Part shown: positions 27,712 through 40,373 of the stretch, in pieces | Layout: the number at the start of each line of letters is the position of its first letter | Position numbering within the stretch: position 1 is the stretch's first letter | NCBI GenBank assembly: GCA_030141605.1 | Contig: JAQGDQ010001000.1 | Location: 1 to 64,000, forward strand | DNA length: 64,000 bases | Source: Tubiluchus corallicola | Taxonomy: Eukaryota > Animalia > Priapulida | Direction of reading: 5' to 3' | Notes under the pieces: generated by a model | Seen by the model: only the letters and a program-made list of their open reading frames with translations | What the model was told of the DNA's origin: nothing | Databases searched by the model: none | Position numbers and translations under genes: made by a program

Positions 27712-28368
27712 ATTATCGCATAGGCTAGTATAGGCTGTAGCACAGGGCCCTTTAAGCTTTCGTAACATTTGGTAAAGCATCTGTTTTTGGTCTACGTTTG
27801 TAGTGAAATAAGTGCCAATTTGGTTTGCAATAAGTAGTAAAATACTGGCATTTCTTTAAAAAAAGTTTTACTGACGGATGGTTTTTTAAAGGATTTTAAA
27901 GATGGTTTTTAAAAACGAAAGATGGTTTTTTAAGGATTTTAAAGATGGTTTTTAAAAACGAAAGCTGGTTTTTTAAGGATTTTAAAAATGGTTTTTAAAA
28001 ACGAAAGATGATTTTTTTAAGGATTTTAAAGATGGTTTTTAAAAACGAAAGATGGTTTTTTAAGGATTTTAAAGATGATTTTTAAAAACGAAAGATGGTT
28101 TTCTAAGAATTTAAAGACGGTTTTAAAACGAAAGATGGTCTTTTAAAGGATTTTAAAGATGGTTTTTAAAAACGAAAGATGGTTTTTTTAAGGATTTGAA
28201 AGAATTTGCCGTAAATTTACTTCACGCCATGTAAATGTTGCAAAAATATGTCACAAGTAAAAATATTCAAGAGGGGGGTGCGGGCGAATTACAGGGTGGC
28301 GACTCTGTCTGAGGGAACCGCATAATTTCATTAGCTTCGGGGCCCGAAAAGACCACAACCCGGTCCTG
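27712..28368 (+). mobile_element. hAT-like MITE (family of 46259-46812) containing a 43-bp minisatellite at 27878-28200
   Basis: Shares cataggctagt.taggctgtag and aatatgtca.aagtaaaaatattcaag with the 46259 element; ends ccggtcctg. About 7 units of gatggtttttaaaaacgaaagatggttttttaaggattttaaa. Confidence 0.65.
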
Positions 28369-28924
28369 GTGACGCCCCATAGCGCGTAGCTGTTGCGAAG
28401 TGATAAATTGCTGGCTGAGGTTAAGAAGGTTTGAAGATGAAAAACGCGCGCCATAAATAAGCATGGCGTGGCAGTGAGATGTCACGAGTTTAAATTGAAA
28501 ATCTGTCAAGTGCAAAATTAAACAAACAAGAATTAATGATGGACGACGCAAAACAGATGCTGATCGAGCAAAAAAGTAACGCGAATCAGGAAACGTTTTA
28601 ATTGAGGCAAAGTTAATTAATCGTTCCACGAGTAGCAAGGGTGGTAGTCAATTAAGTAATTCGAGAAATTCCCCGCAGAGGGCGTTCAGGCCTGTTCTAG
28701 CGTTTTGGAACTAATACTGTTCTGTCAAATCTGGTAATCTAAATTCCCTTGGCAAACTTCTAAAAACGTGCACAGTAGTAACTAGGCTACCGACACACTA
28801 CTAATTTTTGTCAGTCAGCTTCCATCAACGCGGCCATCAAAGTTTCGGTTTTTCAAAATTTTTAAACAAAATAGTTTAACATGTCAAAATTGCAAAAAAC
28901 ATACAAAAAATACGGAATACATAC

Positions 28925-28981
28925 CAAAATCACCGGTGCAGTAAGCCATCACCATTTCTGTGCCATTGCAAGGCCTGCATG
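28925..28981 (-). CDS. METRNL: Meteorin-like protein, 57-nt internal exon (A)CRPCNGTEMVMAYCTGDF
   Basis: Matches the meteorin motif CRPCS..E.L.A.CTSDF. Acceptor TTCTTTTTTTGTAG|CA, donor TTTG|GTATGT. Phase 1-1, joins both neighbouring exons in frame. Not visible in the ORF track in this frame. Confidence 0.93.
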
Positions 28982-29021
28982 CTACAAAAAAAGAATACAA
29001 CATAATCAACATTCGTTAATT

Positions 29022-29182
29022 TAAATAATACATGTAATACATAAGAAATAATACATGTAATACATAAGAAATAATACATGCAATACATAATAAATAATAC
29101 ATGTAATACATAATAAACAATACATGTAATATATAAGAAATAATACATGCAATACATAAGAAATAATACATGGAATACATAA
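29022..29182. repeat. 23-bp minisatellite, about 7 units
   Basis: Unit ataagaaataatacatg(t/c)aatac. Confidence 0.9.
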
Positions 29183-29488
29183 TACGTGTAAGAAAACCGT
29201 TGGAATTATGACAATTTTAAAAACTTTCAGAAATTAAAACTAATGTAAACGGAAACTCAAGATACAGGTAAAACACGAAGCAGAATGGAGGAGAGATGAC
29301 AAATGCTAAAAACATTCAAGCTTTAACAACATCTATTCGGCAATATTGGTTAACAGTACAATGCTGCATTTCTATTCAGAATGAACTTTTTCCAGTACCT
29401 AAATATAGGTTTGTGGAGAATAACTATTTGTGGTGTTCTTAGCAAAACTATATAATAATAATAAATAATAATAATAATAATAATACCA

Positions 29489-29519
<31 letters not shown>

Positions 29520-29524
29520 GCAGC

Positions 29525-29640
29525 TGCTCGTTTGAAATGATATGTGGCCATTTTATTTCTAAGATTTTTCTGAGTAGACCTCTGTGAAACATTAATTTCT
29601 GATTCCTGCATTGCAGTCAGCCCCACATTTCACTACTGTG
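29525..29640 (-). mobile_element. RTE LINE fragment
   Basis: SEMWGLT...FHRGLLRKILEIKWPHIISNEQL with a frameshift. Confidence 0.65.
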
Positions 29641-29964
29641 CATTTCACAAACTAATGATGATTACAGTAGACGTACAAAAATACAACGAACACAACAGCG
29701 TAGACCAGACATTGGTACTAAGAGAACACGATGCAGCAGAAAAATGTTCCTCTTCGAATACAAATCCTTCCAATGCATATATAATTAGTACGTAAAACAA
29801 CTGTTTGTGGTTTGTTAGTCAAAATTATTACTTACCAAGTGATACATACAGACTGCCAAACACATTTTCAAGCGTAGTTATAGACGTTTACTGTGCATAG
29901 TCTCTTGTATTTAGATGTTTTATGGGTATTGGGGGAATTAATACAGCGCAATCTAAGGATCGGG

Positions 29965-30467
29965 TTTAAGAACAAAAGCCCCTTTACTTAGAACCTTTGT
30001 TATAAATCTAAAAAATTCCTTTTCTATCACTTATACGCTGTCTTACTGCATAGGGCTTGTATTAGCAGTAGCACTGTATAAAACATGTAAATTTAAAATT
30101 CCACAGTGACCATTAGGCGCAGCCATTTTGACGGCAAGTCATTTAAAACAAGTTTAGATAACATTGTGCAAAGTTTGAAGAAATAATCAGAGTATTTGCA
30201 GCTCACACTTCAATAACTAAGCAAAAGTTTAAATTATTTTATATTGTCAATAAGATTAATAATACGTTTTTGGTGAATCAGTGGTGCACACTGGGAAGGC
30301 GAATCACTGACCTGTTTACCAGGTGGCGCGAACATTTTAAAATGCTAAGAATTTCCTTTTGTAGTTACAAAAGTTTTCCAAGCAGATAAGAGTAATGCAG
30401 AATAATATAACTTCATAAGCAAAGTTTTTTCGGACATACTTTAACATTGCCTTTTCTTCCCCTTTAA
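29965..30467 (+). mobile_element. Kolobok-like MITE family A
   Basis: cagtggtgcacactgggaagg core; ends ccttttcttcccctttaa. Confidence 0.75.
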
Positions 30468-30902
30468 CACTTTGCCAGTAGCAGGTCACGCAACTGGGTT
30501 ATAACCAATCACCCTGACCCGCCCACAAGCGACTTCAAAGCCAGCGTGGCAAACAGCGGGGGTTTATAACCTGCAATAACCTCTTCAAGTACCCTCAAAT
30601 TGCCAATGACTGGGCTATAGAGACAAAGCGGGCGGAAGCACAAATCCTTAGAATCAGCACACTTAATTGCAGCCTGCCTTTTCATAACAAGAGCGGTCCT
30701 CATTTGCATGATCCCAGCTTCCTCCTCAAGAATTGCGTAACGTGGCTCGGCTAGTATCGAATTTCTTTCTAATGTTAGTAGGTGGCGTGCTAACAGTCAG
30801 CGGCTGTTACTCAACTTTGCGTGTAGAAACAGATTGTTAACAATCATAGAACCACGTAATAACTGGCTTAGAAAATAGACTTTTAAACGCATGGAGCTAA
30901 AA

Positions 30903-31196
30903 TTGTAGGACAAGAAAAGGGGTACCTGAAGTAGGCTTCAGAAAAATCGCCATAAAAAATATACTACTTTACAGCAATTTTATGCACGTATCGTATTCGC
31001 GTTGAAAGGAAGTTTCGTTTGTTTTCATTTTAAATCTCCCGCAATACTGTTCCGAAGTCGCCATTACATGACGTCATTGCGCAAACGTAAATCAGGGGAA
31101 GAAAAGGCAATGTTACATTATGTCTCAAAAAACTTTCCGTGCAAATCTATATTACTTAGCTTTTCGCTTACCTGTTGGAAAGACTTATGTAACTAG
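30903..31196 (-). mobile_element. Family A long variant, 3' part
   Basis: Reverse complement of 25344-25609; terminus aggacaagaaaagggg. Confidence 0.75.
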
Positions 31197-31739
31197 GCTG
31201 ATAATTTAAAATGTTTAAAAAGAAAAACGACTTAAAAAATACTATACATCTGAACAAAGTAACCACATATAAGTGGTATAATGGTTCAAGCACAAAAAAC
31301 GCATACAACAGAGCAACATACTTGTATCTTATAAACTTAACACTGTATTACATATTATGTATTACAGTTAGTCAGTCAATCAAGCTTGCACTGTTATCTT
31401 AGTCGGGGTTATCTTCAAATACTTTGTGGACCTATCTAGAAATCTTAATTTTAATAACTTCTGCATCTTCTGACGCATCAAAAAACACGAACTGCTCATT
31501 GGCAGACACCTAACGAAAGTTAAGACAAAAATCAGAAAGCATACTGGTGTATGTTTGTATTTATTCTGGTATTTATATATTTATATATGCATACAAATAC
31601 CATACAAATTCATTTTTTCCAAAACTTGCTTCCTATTATGTGTCTTACTGTTTGTTATTCGTTGAATTATTGATAACTTTTTGTTTCTTTTAATGTATTA
31701 ATTGTGTATTTGTATTTACGTGAAATAAATAAATACAAA

Positions 31740-32140
31740 TAAATAGAGACATATACATACAAAGTTAGCAGATGTGGACACAATGAATTATATAAAAACT
31801 GAATAATAACAATAACTGTCTTAAAATTACCGTCAAATACATAAAAGGTCTGACCACGTTAAAACGTTTAGTACTCCTAATGTAATTTTGGATGCAGTCA
31901 AAAGTTTTACAGTTAACAGCAATATTAAAATGATCACTTCATCTAAGGTACAATGACAGCTCACTATTACCATATTGTAAAATACTGACAACTAATGGCA
32001 ACAATATGTCATTTAATTGACTAAACATAGCATCTCTGATAATGGTGAGGTCTAGGAAGAAATGTTCCGAGTTTTCAAAATAACAACCAGAACCACAATT
32101 TGGAGAGACGAGTAGACCATCAGAAATCTTGCAGTCTTTC
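31740..32140 (-). mobile_element. Older CR1-group LINE 3' end
   Basis: SPNCGSGCYFENSEHFFL...LQYGNSELS...IQNYIRSTKRF. Confidence 0.65.
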
Positions 32141-32409
32141 AGAAAATAATCACCAACAAAATTACAAAGGTGGAAGCGTTCAAAAAGGTTCATCTTCGTG
32201 AAAGTGTCAAGTAATTTATTTGAGTAGAGTTATAGGTCGCAAAATTTTCGTAATTGGCAAAAACTTGGTCAGGCAAGATCACAGCAACAACAACAGACAA
32301 AAACTGCATAATTCTACTGCACATTCATCATTGCATTTCAATTAAAATATTTTTGGGATTAAACTGAAACGGCAAGGCGGGAAGTGATTTCACTAACGAT
32401 GGTAACGGT

Positions 32410-32910
32410 CGTTTTTCTGCTGGCGTGGTGGCTATGACGATGGTTGTTCATTTTGATGCTGTTGTTATTGCTGCTGCTGTTGTTACCATTGTTGCTGCTG
32501 TTCCTGCTGTTGTTGTAGTTGTTGCTGCTGCTGTCGTCGAGCCTATTGTTATTGTTGTTTTGTTGCTCTTCTAACGTAGCAGTGGCAGCAGCAGCTGCTG
32601 GTGGTGTTGACGGTGGCGATGGTGACAGTAGTGGCGGCGGTGGTTGTGGTGGTGTCAGTAGTGGTGTCAGTGTTCTTCTTGTTGTTGTTGCTGTTGATGA
32701 CGATGATGATATTTTTTTGTTGTAGTTGTTGATGCATGCACTGAAACTGGCATTGCTTCTGCTCTTGTTGTAGTAGTACTAGTAGTTGCTGTTATTGTTG
32801 ATGACGATGACGATGTTGTTGTTTTTGTTGTTGCTAGTACATGCACTGAAAAAGGTGTTGCTGTTCTCGCTGCATGATTTCCACTGCTGCCATTATCACT
32901 GTTGTTAAAC
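32410..32910. repeat. Degenerate (GTT/GCT/GGT/GAT)n low-complexity tract
   Basis: Mixed trinucleotide runs. Confidence 0.8.
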
Positions 32911-33763
32911 AATTTTTGTCGTTCGTGCTATTTCTCTAGCGAAACGAGTCACAACAGGACAGACTACATGTACTGAAGAACACCTGTAATCAAGGCCCAG
33001 TTTAGCACCTGCACGATGATGTCACGCGCCGCACAGGGTGGTGATGAAAATATCTATTAAACCTAATCACGTTATCATCTGCGGGAGCTTAATAATAACA
33101 GTAATAATAAGCACCTCGAGAGGCTGAGATCAAAGACAGCAACACGTGTTAGATCATCGCGCCCAATCACTGCGCATGCGCGCATCAGATTACAGTCTTC
33201 GATTAATCCACAAAGCCTGCAAAAAATTCTCCACGCGCCCGCCACGCCGTGTTGGTGACTTTGAAATTACCCATAATGGAGGGGTTTTCACTAATGCCAC
33301 CCCTAATTGTGGGCATTTTGTGCACAGACAGTCCAGCTGGTGTGTTGAGACCAAACTGAGCTGGTGGAACAGAACGGATCTCGTCGAGAAAATGCAACTA
33401 AGAAGTCTTAAGGACGAGCTCAAGCAGAGATTTGTTATTATAGGATGTTGAGTAAGTCTGTTAATATCTGTGCACCTGTTGGCAAAGTCAAATAGTATTT
33501 ATGAGATAAGCTAGATAGATATAAATCTTTTAGACTAACACGGCTATGATGGTATGGAATCTTGATCGTGACGAAAGTTTGACCCTGGTCTGGAGCAGCA
33601 ACTTGACGCATTTTTTCATTCTATGTTTCTGAAGAAAGGCTAAGAACTAATCAATGCCATTCGTTTCTGTGATGATCGTTTTCTGCAACCCATATTATCT
33701 ATGCTACGCACAGAATGGCAAATATTAACTCTCCCTACAGGCTGATATAACAGCAACAGTACA

Positions 33764-34285
33764 TAAAAAGAAAAACCAAGTTTTCTAGGAAGTTAGGTTT
33801 ATTTCAACGTTCGAGAAAGAATGTTGGAAGGATTTAGTAATTAAAGTGTGATAAGCCCCTCGTGTGAGCATTTCGCGCTTGCATGCTCCCATTTTGAACG
33901 TCCATTCTTCCACCAATGACGTCATTCATCGACTGAAGAAAAGCAGCGCATCAAAAAGCATTTATAATTTATAAGAATTATACATTCTTGCAAAAAATTA
34001 TATAGCTAATTTTGTGATATTTTCGAATTAACATTAATTAAGCTGCACAAGTTTACGGAAACTCATGATGCACTTACGAAAAGTCACGAAGTCCACCAGA
34101 TACGTCATAATTTCCATGTAAATGGCGGCTACTACCGCGCCTGAAAATTTCGATCCAGCGGTAGTATAAATTACCTTAATGCATTATAGACAATTTTTCG
34201 CAAATTTTTTCGTTTTATTTTTCTAATTTTAGATGATAGCTGTAAAATAAACTCAACGCGCTAAGTGACTTGTCTTTTCCTTTAA
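33764..34285 (+). mobile_element. Kolobok-like MITE family C
   Basis: ggaagttaggtttatttcaa.gttcg start and gacttgtcttttcctttaa end shared with 43196-44639; one copy of the 90-bp unit. Confidence 0.7.
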
Positions 34286-34439
34286 ACAATAATCACTCCT
34301 TTCCATAACTTTGAAGGAAGTCAATGTTATTTAATGTGATTTGGTGATTTGTATGCCGCATAAAAAGGTGTACCCTTATAGAGAGTTTAACATTATTCTC
34401 ACTAGACACAAATGTATCTACAAAGTGAACATATAAGCC

Positions 34440-34441
<2 letters not shown>

Positions 34442-34505
<64 letters not shown>

Positions 34506-34537
34506 TCTATCTATCTACTATATATATATATATATCT
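34442..34537. repeat. (CA)n and (TA)n microsatellite
   Basis: Visible directly. Confidence 0.95.
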
Positions 34538-34589
34538 AATTCCGCGGTCGGAACAGTGCCGCGGAAAGTTTATATTTAAAACAAATATA

Positions 34590-34702
34590 AGATCCTTTCA
34601 ACGCGAGTAGATGACATACGCACAAAATTGCTATTAAGTAATAGTATTTCTTAAGATGATTTTTCTGAAACCTACTTCAGGCACCCCTTTTCTTGTCCTT
34701 TG
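34590..34702 (+). mobile_element. Family A long variant, terminal fragment
   Basis: cctttcaacgcgag...cctacttcaggcaccccttttcttgtccttt matches 30903-31012 in reverse. Confidence 0.7.
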
Positions 34703-35285
34703 AAATAAAACTTATTAAATTGCTTCTGGAACTGTTTTTGAAGAGGCAAAATATCAGCTACAATCGGTAATATAGTACACAGTATATATATAGTATAGTA
34801 TATAGTTTACAGACTACAGAGTAGATCGTATATATATATATATTAATTCTTTATTTGTCATTAAAATGGCTCACTCATTATAATAAAATTGAGTAATCCT
34901 CAGCGTAATGTTAAAATAACAACACTGTTCATCTACGCAAGTTTTGCACATACAGTGTACTGAATATGGTACCTAAAACAGTATAGCATTATTATACACA
35001 GTTTATGCCAGCTTTTCACTGGGAGTTAAGTATAGGGTTTAAGTCAATATTAAACAGTGTTTTGTGACACATGGGTTCGTTTGAACAAGAACAGTCTCTA
35101 GATCAGACTGGGTTTAAGCAGCACACGTGTTTATCGACACGGTTAAAGATCATCCCACTGTTTGAACGCGTTTCTGCTCGTCAGCCATGTTGAACTTGCA
35201 AAACATCCTCTTCGACAATTTTCTGGTCATGGCCGAAGCATTCTTTCCGAACTCTTCACCGTATCAGTCTCGATATTTACCGTCG

Positions 35286-35934
35286 TTCAAAGAAAATGAC
35301 AAGTTACTAAGCATGTTGGGTTTATCTTACTGTTAGAAACTTAGAAAAACTTGTATTATATCCATTGTAGGCCCTTTCACTAGATATTGTACATGAAACT
35401 ATTGTAAATGTGTAAGGTGAAATAAATGACTTATGACTTATGACTAAAAAGTAAAAGAGAAATTTGCAACAAAACTATCTACAAACAGTAAAGTTAATTT
35501 GTATTAAAGCCGTATAGAAATATTCAGGCGCGGTGGTAGCCGTCATTCAATTGCAAATTATGACGTAACTGGTGGACTTCGTAACTTTTCGCAAGAACAT
35601 CGTAGCTTTCCGTAAGAGCGTACTGTTCAAACTAATTCAAACTTCTGCGACTTTACTAATGTTCATACAAAAATCTCGTAATTTCTCGTAAAAACTTTCG
35701 ACTGAAATCGACACTGCGCTGCTTTTCTTCTGCCTATGAGTGACGTCATTGGTGGAAGAATGGGCGTTCAAAATGGGAACGCTCAAACAATAAATGATCG
35801 CGACATTAGGGTGATTTTACTAATTACGGGAGGCGCTTATCACGCTTTTATTACCAAATCTTTCAAACATTTTTTGCAAACATTGAAATAAAGCAATCTT
35901 ATGGAAGGTTTGGGCCGCTTGGCCTTTCTTTTAA
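35286..35934 (-). mobile_element. Kolobok-like MITE family C with a small LINE-tail insertion (about 35335-35445)
   Basis: Reverse complement of 33764-34285 (gacaagttactaagcatgttgggttta; tgacgtcattggtggaagaatgg). Confidence 0.7.
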
Positions 35935-36691
35935 GATGTAGGATTGTTAATTGTTTAAAGTGTAACATTATCTCCTTTTTCCAGAAAAGTTGGCGTGTAA
36001 TTTTGCATAATAAGCCACCCGCCATTCCTCTACTGCCGCCAGAGCAAAAAAGGGTATTCCTTTTTTTAGAAAATAATTAAGCCATGATCGCTAATCGAGC
36101 ATGGATCTTTCACATGTCGGTTTCACAAGCCTTAAGCATCGTTTTTTGTCATTTGATTAATACAAGAATTGAAATACGATGCTCTAACATAGGCATAGTT
36201 AGACCATTCAAAACTGTAACTTTGTTATTTGCTGATACCTAGCTAAGCTACCTCCCATTCATAACTACACCCACTCCCCCTCCCACCCCCAGCCCGATTC
36301 CCATTTACATTAATCACTTGGAAATTTAAAGTTTCTAGTAATTAGAGAATGATGAAGCTTTTGTTTTCACACTCTGTGCATACAAATGCCGCTCAGTGTC
36401 CTTGTGAGTGACTTACAAACCACAGTGCTAAACACTAAACCACAGTGCTAAACAATGAATCAGACAACGCTGCTCTATATATCCATTCCGTCGACTAAGC
36501 AGATCAAAGAATAAATGCTTACGCGAAGTGTTTGTCTTTTGCTAATGTTGTATTATAAATAATCCCCCTCGGTTCGCACGATAATAAGGCTAGAACAGAA
36601 GACGGCCTTCGAAACTAGAGCCACTCTAAGCTCTGATATAAACAGTTTCTTCTTGTAATTACACGAAGGTGTTAGCTTAAAGCTGGAGATA

Positions 36692-36792
36692 ATCCATGAT
36701 TGAGATGTCATTGTTTAGAAGCGAATGTAAACAATCTACACATCCATGATTAAGATGTCATTGTTTAGAAGCGAGTGTAAACAATCTACACA
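36692..36792. repeat. 50-bp tandem duplication
   Basis: atccatgatt(g/a)agatgtcattgtttagaagcga(a/g)tgtaaacaatctacac x2. Confidence 0.9.
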
Positions 36793-37033
36793 TTGTTGTC
36801 AACTGTTAAATTAATTTTGAGTTTTCAGCACAGGATGTTTAATTAGTACTCGAAGTGCGTCATTTTCCCATGTTTAATAATTTGTAAACAATAAACAAAA
36901 GCGTGCGAAATTAATTCAGGTAGGTTAATATATAGGTTACAGGGTTAATGTAATTCCGTCCTGTGAGAACTGGACGTTATAATATTGCAAACACGTGAAT
37001 CTGAAAAGGAAACGCCAACTTTCGCATCGAAGG

Positions 37034-37292
37034 TGAGGAGAAATCACTGGAAAACATTCAGCAACTGGAAAATTACACTATCTAAAAGACCAAAACAACA
37101 GAATTTGAAAAAAAAATCCTCTTACTGGGTCTCGAATTCAGGACCCTTGACTCAAGTGGCACTGAGGAGAAATCACTGGAAAACATTCAGCAACTGGAAA
37201 ATTACACTATCTAAAAGACCAAAACAACAGAATTTGAAAAAAAATTCCTCTTACTGGGTCTCGAATTCAGGACCCTTGACTCAAGTAGCACT
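37034..37292. repeat. 129-bp tandem duplication
   Basis: tgaggagaaatcactggaaaac...ctcaagt(g/a)gcac x2, near identical. Confidence 0.92.
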
Positions 37293-37905
37293 ACAACATT
37301 CCAAATTATTGTATCTGCGGAATCGTATCGCTTGAGGCTTTTCTACACAAAACTTCATAGACAGACAGTAACCGAAAACTATAGAATCAATGAGGGACCT
37401 TATGCAACGTACTGAAGTTATTATGAAATTATAAAAAGAAAACAACTTTTGTTAGAACTGTAAATTTTAAAGCGTTAAAAACGTGTTTCCAAGCATCTTA
37501 AATGCAGTCTGCAGTCATCATCAGTGATATATTACACAAACAAACAATCAGTTTTATAGGCAGAGCCTACGGTGCAGAAATCTTTCACTAATTCGTATTT
37601 ACAAGGAAGCCAGAAAGTATAAAGTATTTCTTTCTTCTCAACCCGTATGTCTATTAATTCATTACATTTCCTTGTAAATACACAATACATAAACGAAAAT
37701 GTAAAATTAAAGGTTAAGAACTCCTTTAAAGATTATGTTTTAAGATACCTATTCTAGCTCCTTACAACACTGTACAAGGGAACTACAATGCGTGGTTATT
37801 ATAAAGTTGAATGTCTGTAGATACGTTACTTTACTAACATCGCATTACCTGTTTTACTAACATCTTTATCTTTGTAAACTGTATGTTTTTGTGCGAAATA
37901 AACTC

Positions 37906-38070
<165 letters not shown>

Positions 38071-38230
38071 ATTAGTGAATAATTTCTTTACTGTAGGCTG
38101 CTTATAAAACTGGTTGTTCGCTTGTGTGTATCGGCCATCCAAAATTGTGGGAGACATCAGACTAATAGACTTACCAAGCAGAACAGTAGCGGCAGAGTTT
38201 AGCTCAATTGTCTTTTAAGAGATTGGCAAT

Positions 38231-40373
38231 CTAGCAAGTGTCTTTAATTTTCTGTACATGTTTGTATTGAAGGGTACAATGCTGGTTTTCAACGCACGTT
38301 TTGTGGATCAGTGTAGAATCGAACCTAGGCCTCTCAGCCGTCCGAGACTGCGGGATTGATCCGACCAATGGATTTACCAAGTAGAACCAATGGCGGCGGA
38401 ATTTAGCTCTATTGCACACAAGTCACTTTTAAGAGTAAAAAAATCAACAGTTCATGCTGAATTCACTGCAGAATCTGCTTAAAACACAAGAAAACACTCT
38501 TTATAAACAAAACGTGAAAACTGTCTTGAAAATTTGTGCCACTTACACGCTGTCGTATTGCATACAGGGCTTGCGTTAGCAGTAACTGCTCTATAAAACT
38601 CGTAAATTTAAACTCCCGCAATGATCGTTAGGCGGAGCCATTTTAACGTAAGTCCATTTTAACGTTAAAATGAATCTTATGACAAAGTTTTAACGAAAGT
38701 TGTTTTCTTCTTATAAAGCCGTAAGTGCTTGTATAAATTGACTTTCATGAAATAATTTTTTCCAAGACATTTATTTAAACTCATCCTTGATAAGCTACCA
38801 TAAATTTTGATCCAAAAGAGTCAAATTTTAATATCTGTACCATTAAATGTAACTGTAAGACACCAGCAAAGAACCCAGACGCCCGGGGGATAAAAATCCA
38901 CCGTCCTTATAGGGGTATCAAGTTCGACTTTGCATCTGATAAGACGTTGATTTCGCCTCAGATAACGTGCGTCCCGTTCTGATAACATCGCAGAAATTGT
39001 CACTAATTCACCATAATCGGCTACATTTTCAAAGCAAGCGAAGACCTAATCCTGCTACTGACCAGAGGCTAAATGATTTGCATGGCGACACTGGTGTTAG
39101 GTTATCTGACCATGACAGATTGGAATCGGCTTGGACAACTCGCGCATGAAATCCTTGTTTGGTTGGAGAGATTCGACCGTGCACAGTTGCAACTGTGATT
39201 TTTGGAACACTTAACGGTTAACAGAGAAGAGTTTAGCTTCCCGAAAAATTTGTAATTGTAATTTGTAATTTATTATCACTTCAGCATATATTTTTGCATT
39301 ACAATTTGCATCATTATCTTTAACTATTATGCCCTATAACTAGAAAATGAAATATAGTTACAATAATTGTAGCAGAACTACATTAGTATACTATACCATG
39401 ATATAATTAGGGAAAAAAATCCAAATATAATTACAAAAATTTAACAGAAGTGTACTAACATAGTTACTAAACTACATAGATGCATGGCGGTCAAGAAGCA
39501 AAGCTTGTAAGACCACCATGAAAAGTGAAAAAACGACTTTTTACAAGAGAGAGAATTATAGGAAAACAGGGAGTAGTTAAGATAAAATAATAGACAGAGA
39601 TAGAGAAAAAGAGAAAAGAAATGAATTAGAAAGAAGTTCAGCAGTACGATAATAATTAAAGGGCAAGGAAAGGCAGTTTTAAAGTCCGTCTCAAAAAAAT
39701 TTCCATACAAAATTATACTACTTAATGTTACTCTTACTTGTTTGAAAAACGTATGTAATTGGAAAAGACGTCGTAATAATTTAAAATATTCGGCGTCACT
39801 TAGAGAAACGGCACTGTACTGCCATCCCAGTGTGCACCACTGATTCACAAAAAACACATTATTAATCTTATTGATAATATAAAGTAGTTTGAGCATTTGC
39901 TTTAGTGAAGAGTGTGCTACGGATGCTGTGATATTTTTCGAAACTTTACGCAACGTTATCTAAACTTATTTCTAACGACTTACGCTAAAATGGTTGTGTT
40001 TACAATTTTTATAGAGCAGTTTCTGCTAATGCAAGTCCTGTATGCAATAAGACAGCATGTAAGTAACACAAATTTTCAAGATAATTTTTAAGCTTCATTT
40101 ATCAACGAGTGTTTTCTTGTGTTTTAAGCAGATTCTGCAGTGAATTCAGCATGGAATGTTGATTTTTTACTCTTAAAAGTGACTTGTACGCAACAGAACT
40201 AAATTCCGCCGCCATTGGCCTGGTTGGTAAATCCATTAGTCGGATCAATCCCGCAGTTTCGGACGTCTGAGAGGCCTAGGTTCGATTCTGCACTGAACGA
40301 CAAAACGTGCGTTGAAAACCAGCATTGTACACTTGAATACAAACATGTACAGAAAATTAAAGACACTTGCCAG
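38231..40373. repeat. Inverted repeat with ~400-bp arms (38231-38655 and 39975-40373)
   Basis: gcaagtgtctttaattttctgtacatgtttgtatt vs aatacaaacatgtacagaaaattaaagacacttgc. Arms include about 250 bp with a tRNA-like B box plus the 5' part of MITE family A. Confidence 0.9.
39656..40127 (-). mobile_element. Kolobok-like MITE family A
   Basis: ttaaagggcaaggaaaggc...ttttcttgtgttttaa; cccagtgtgcaccactga core. Confidence 0.75.
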
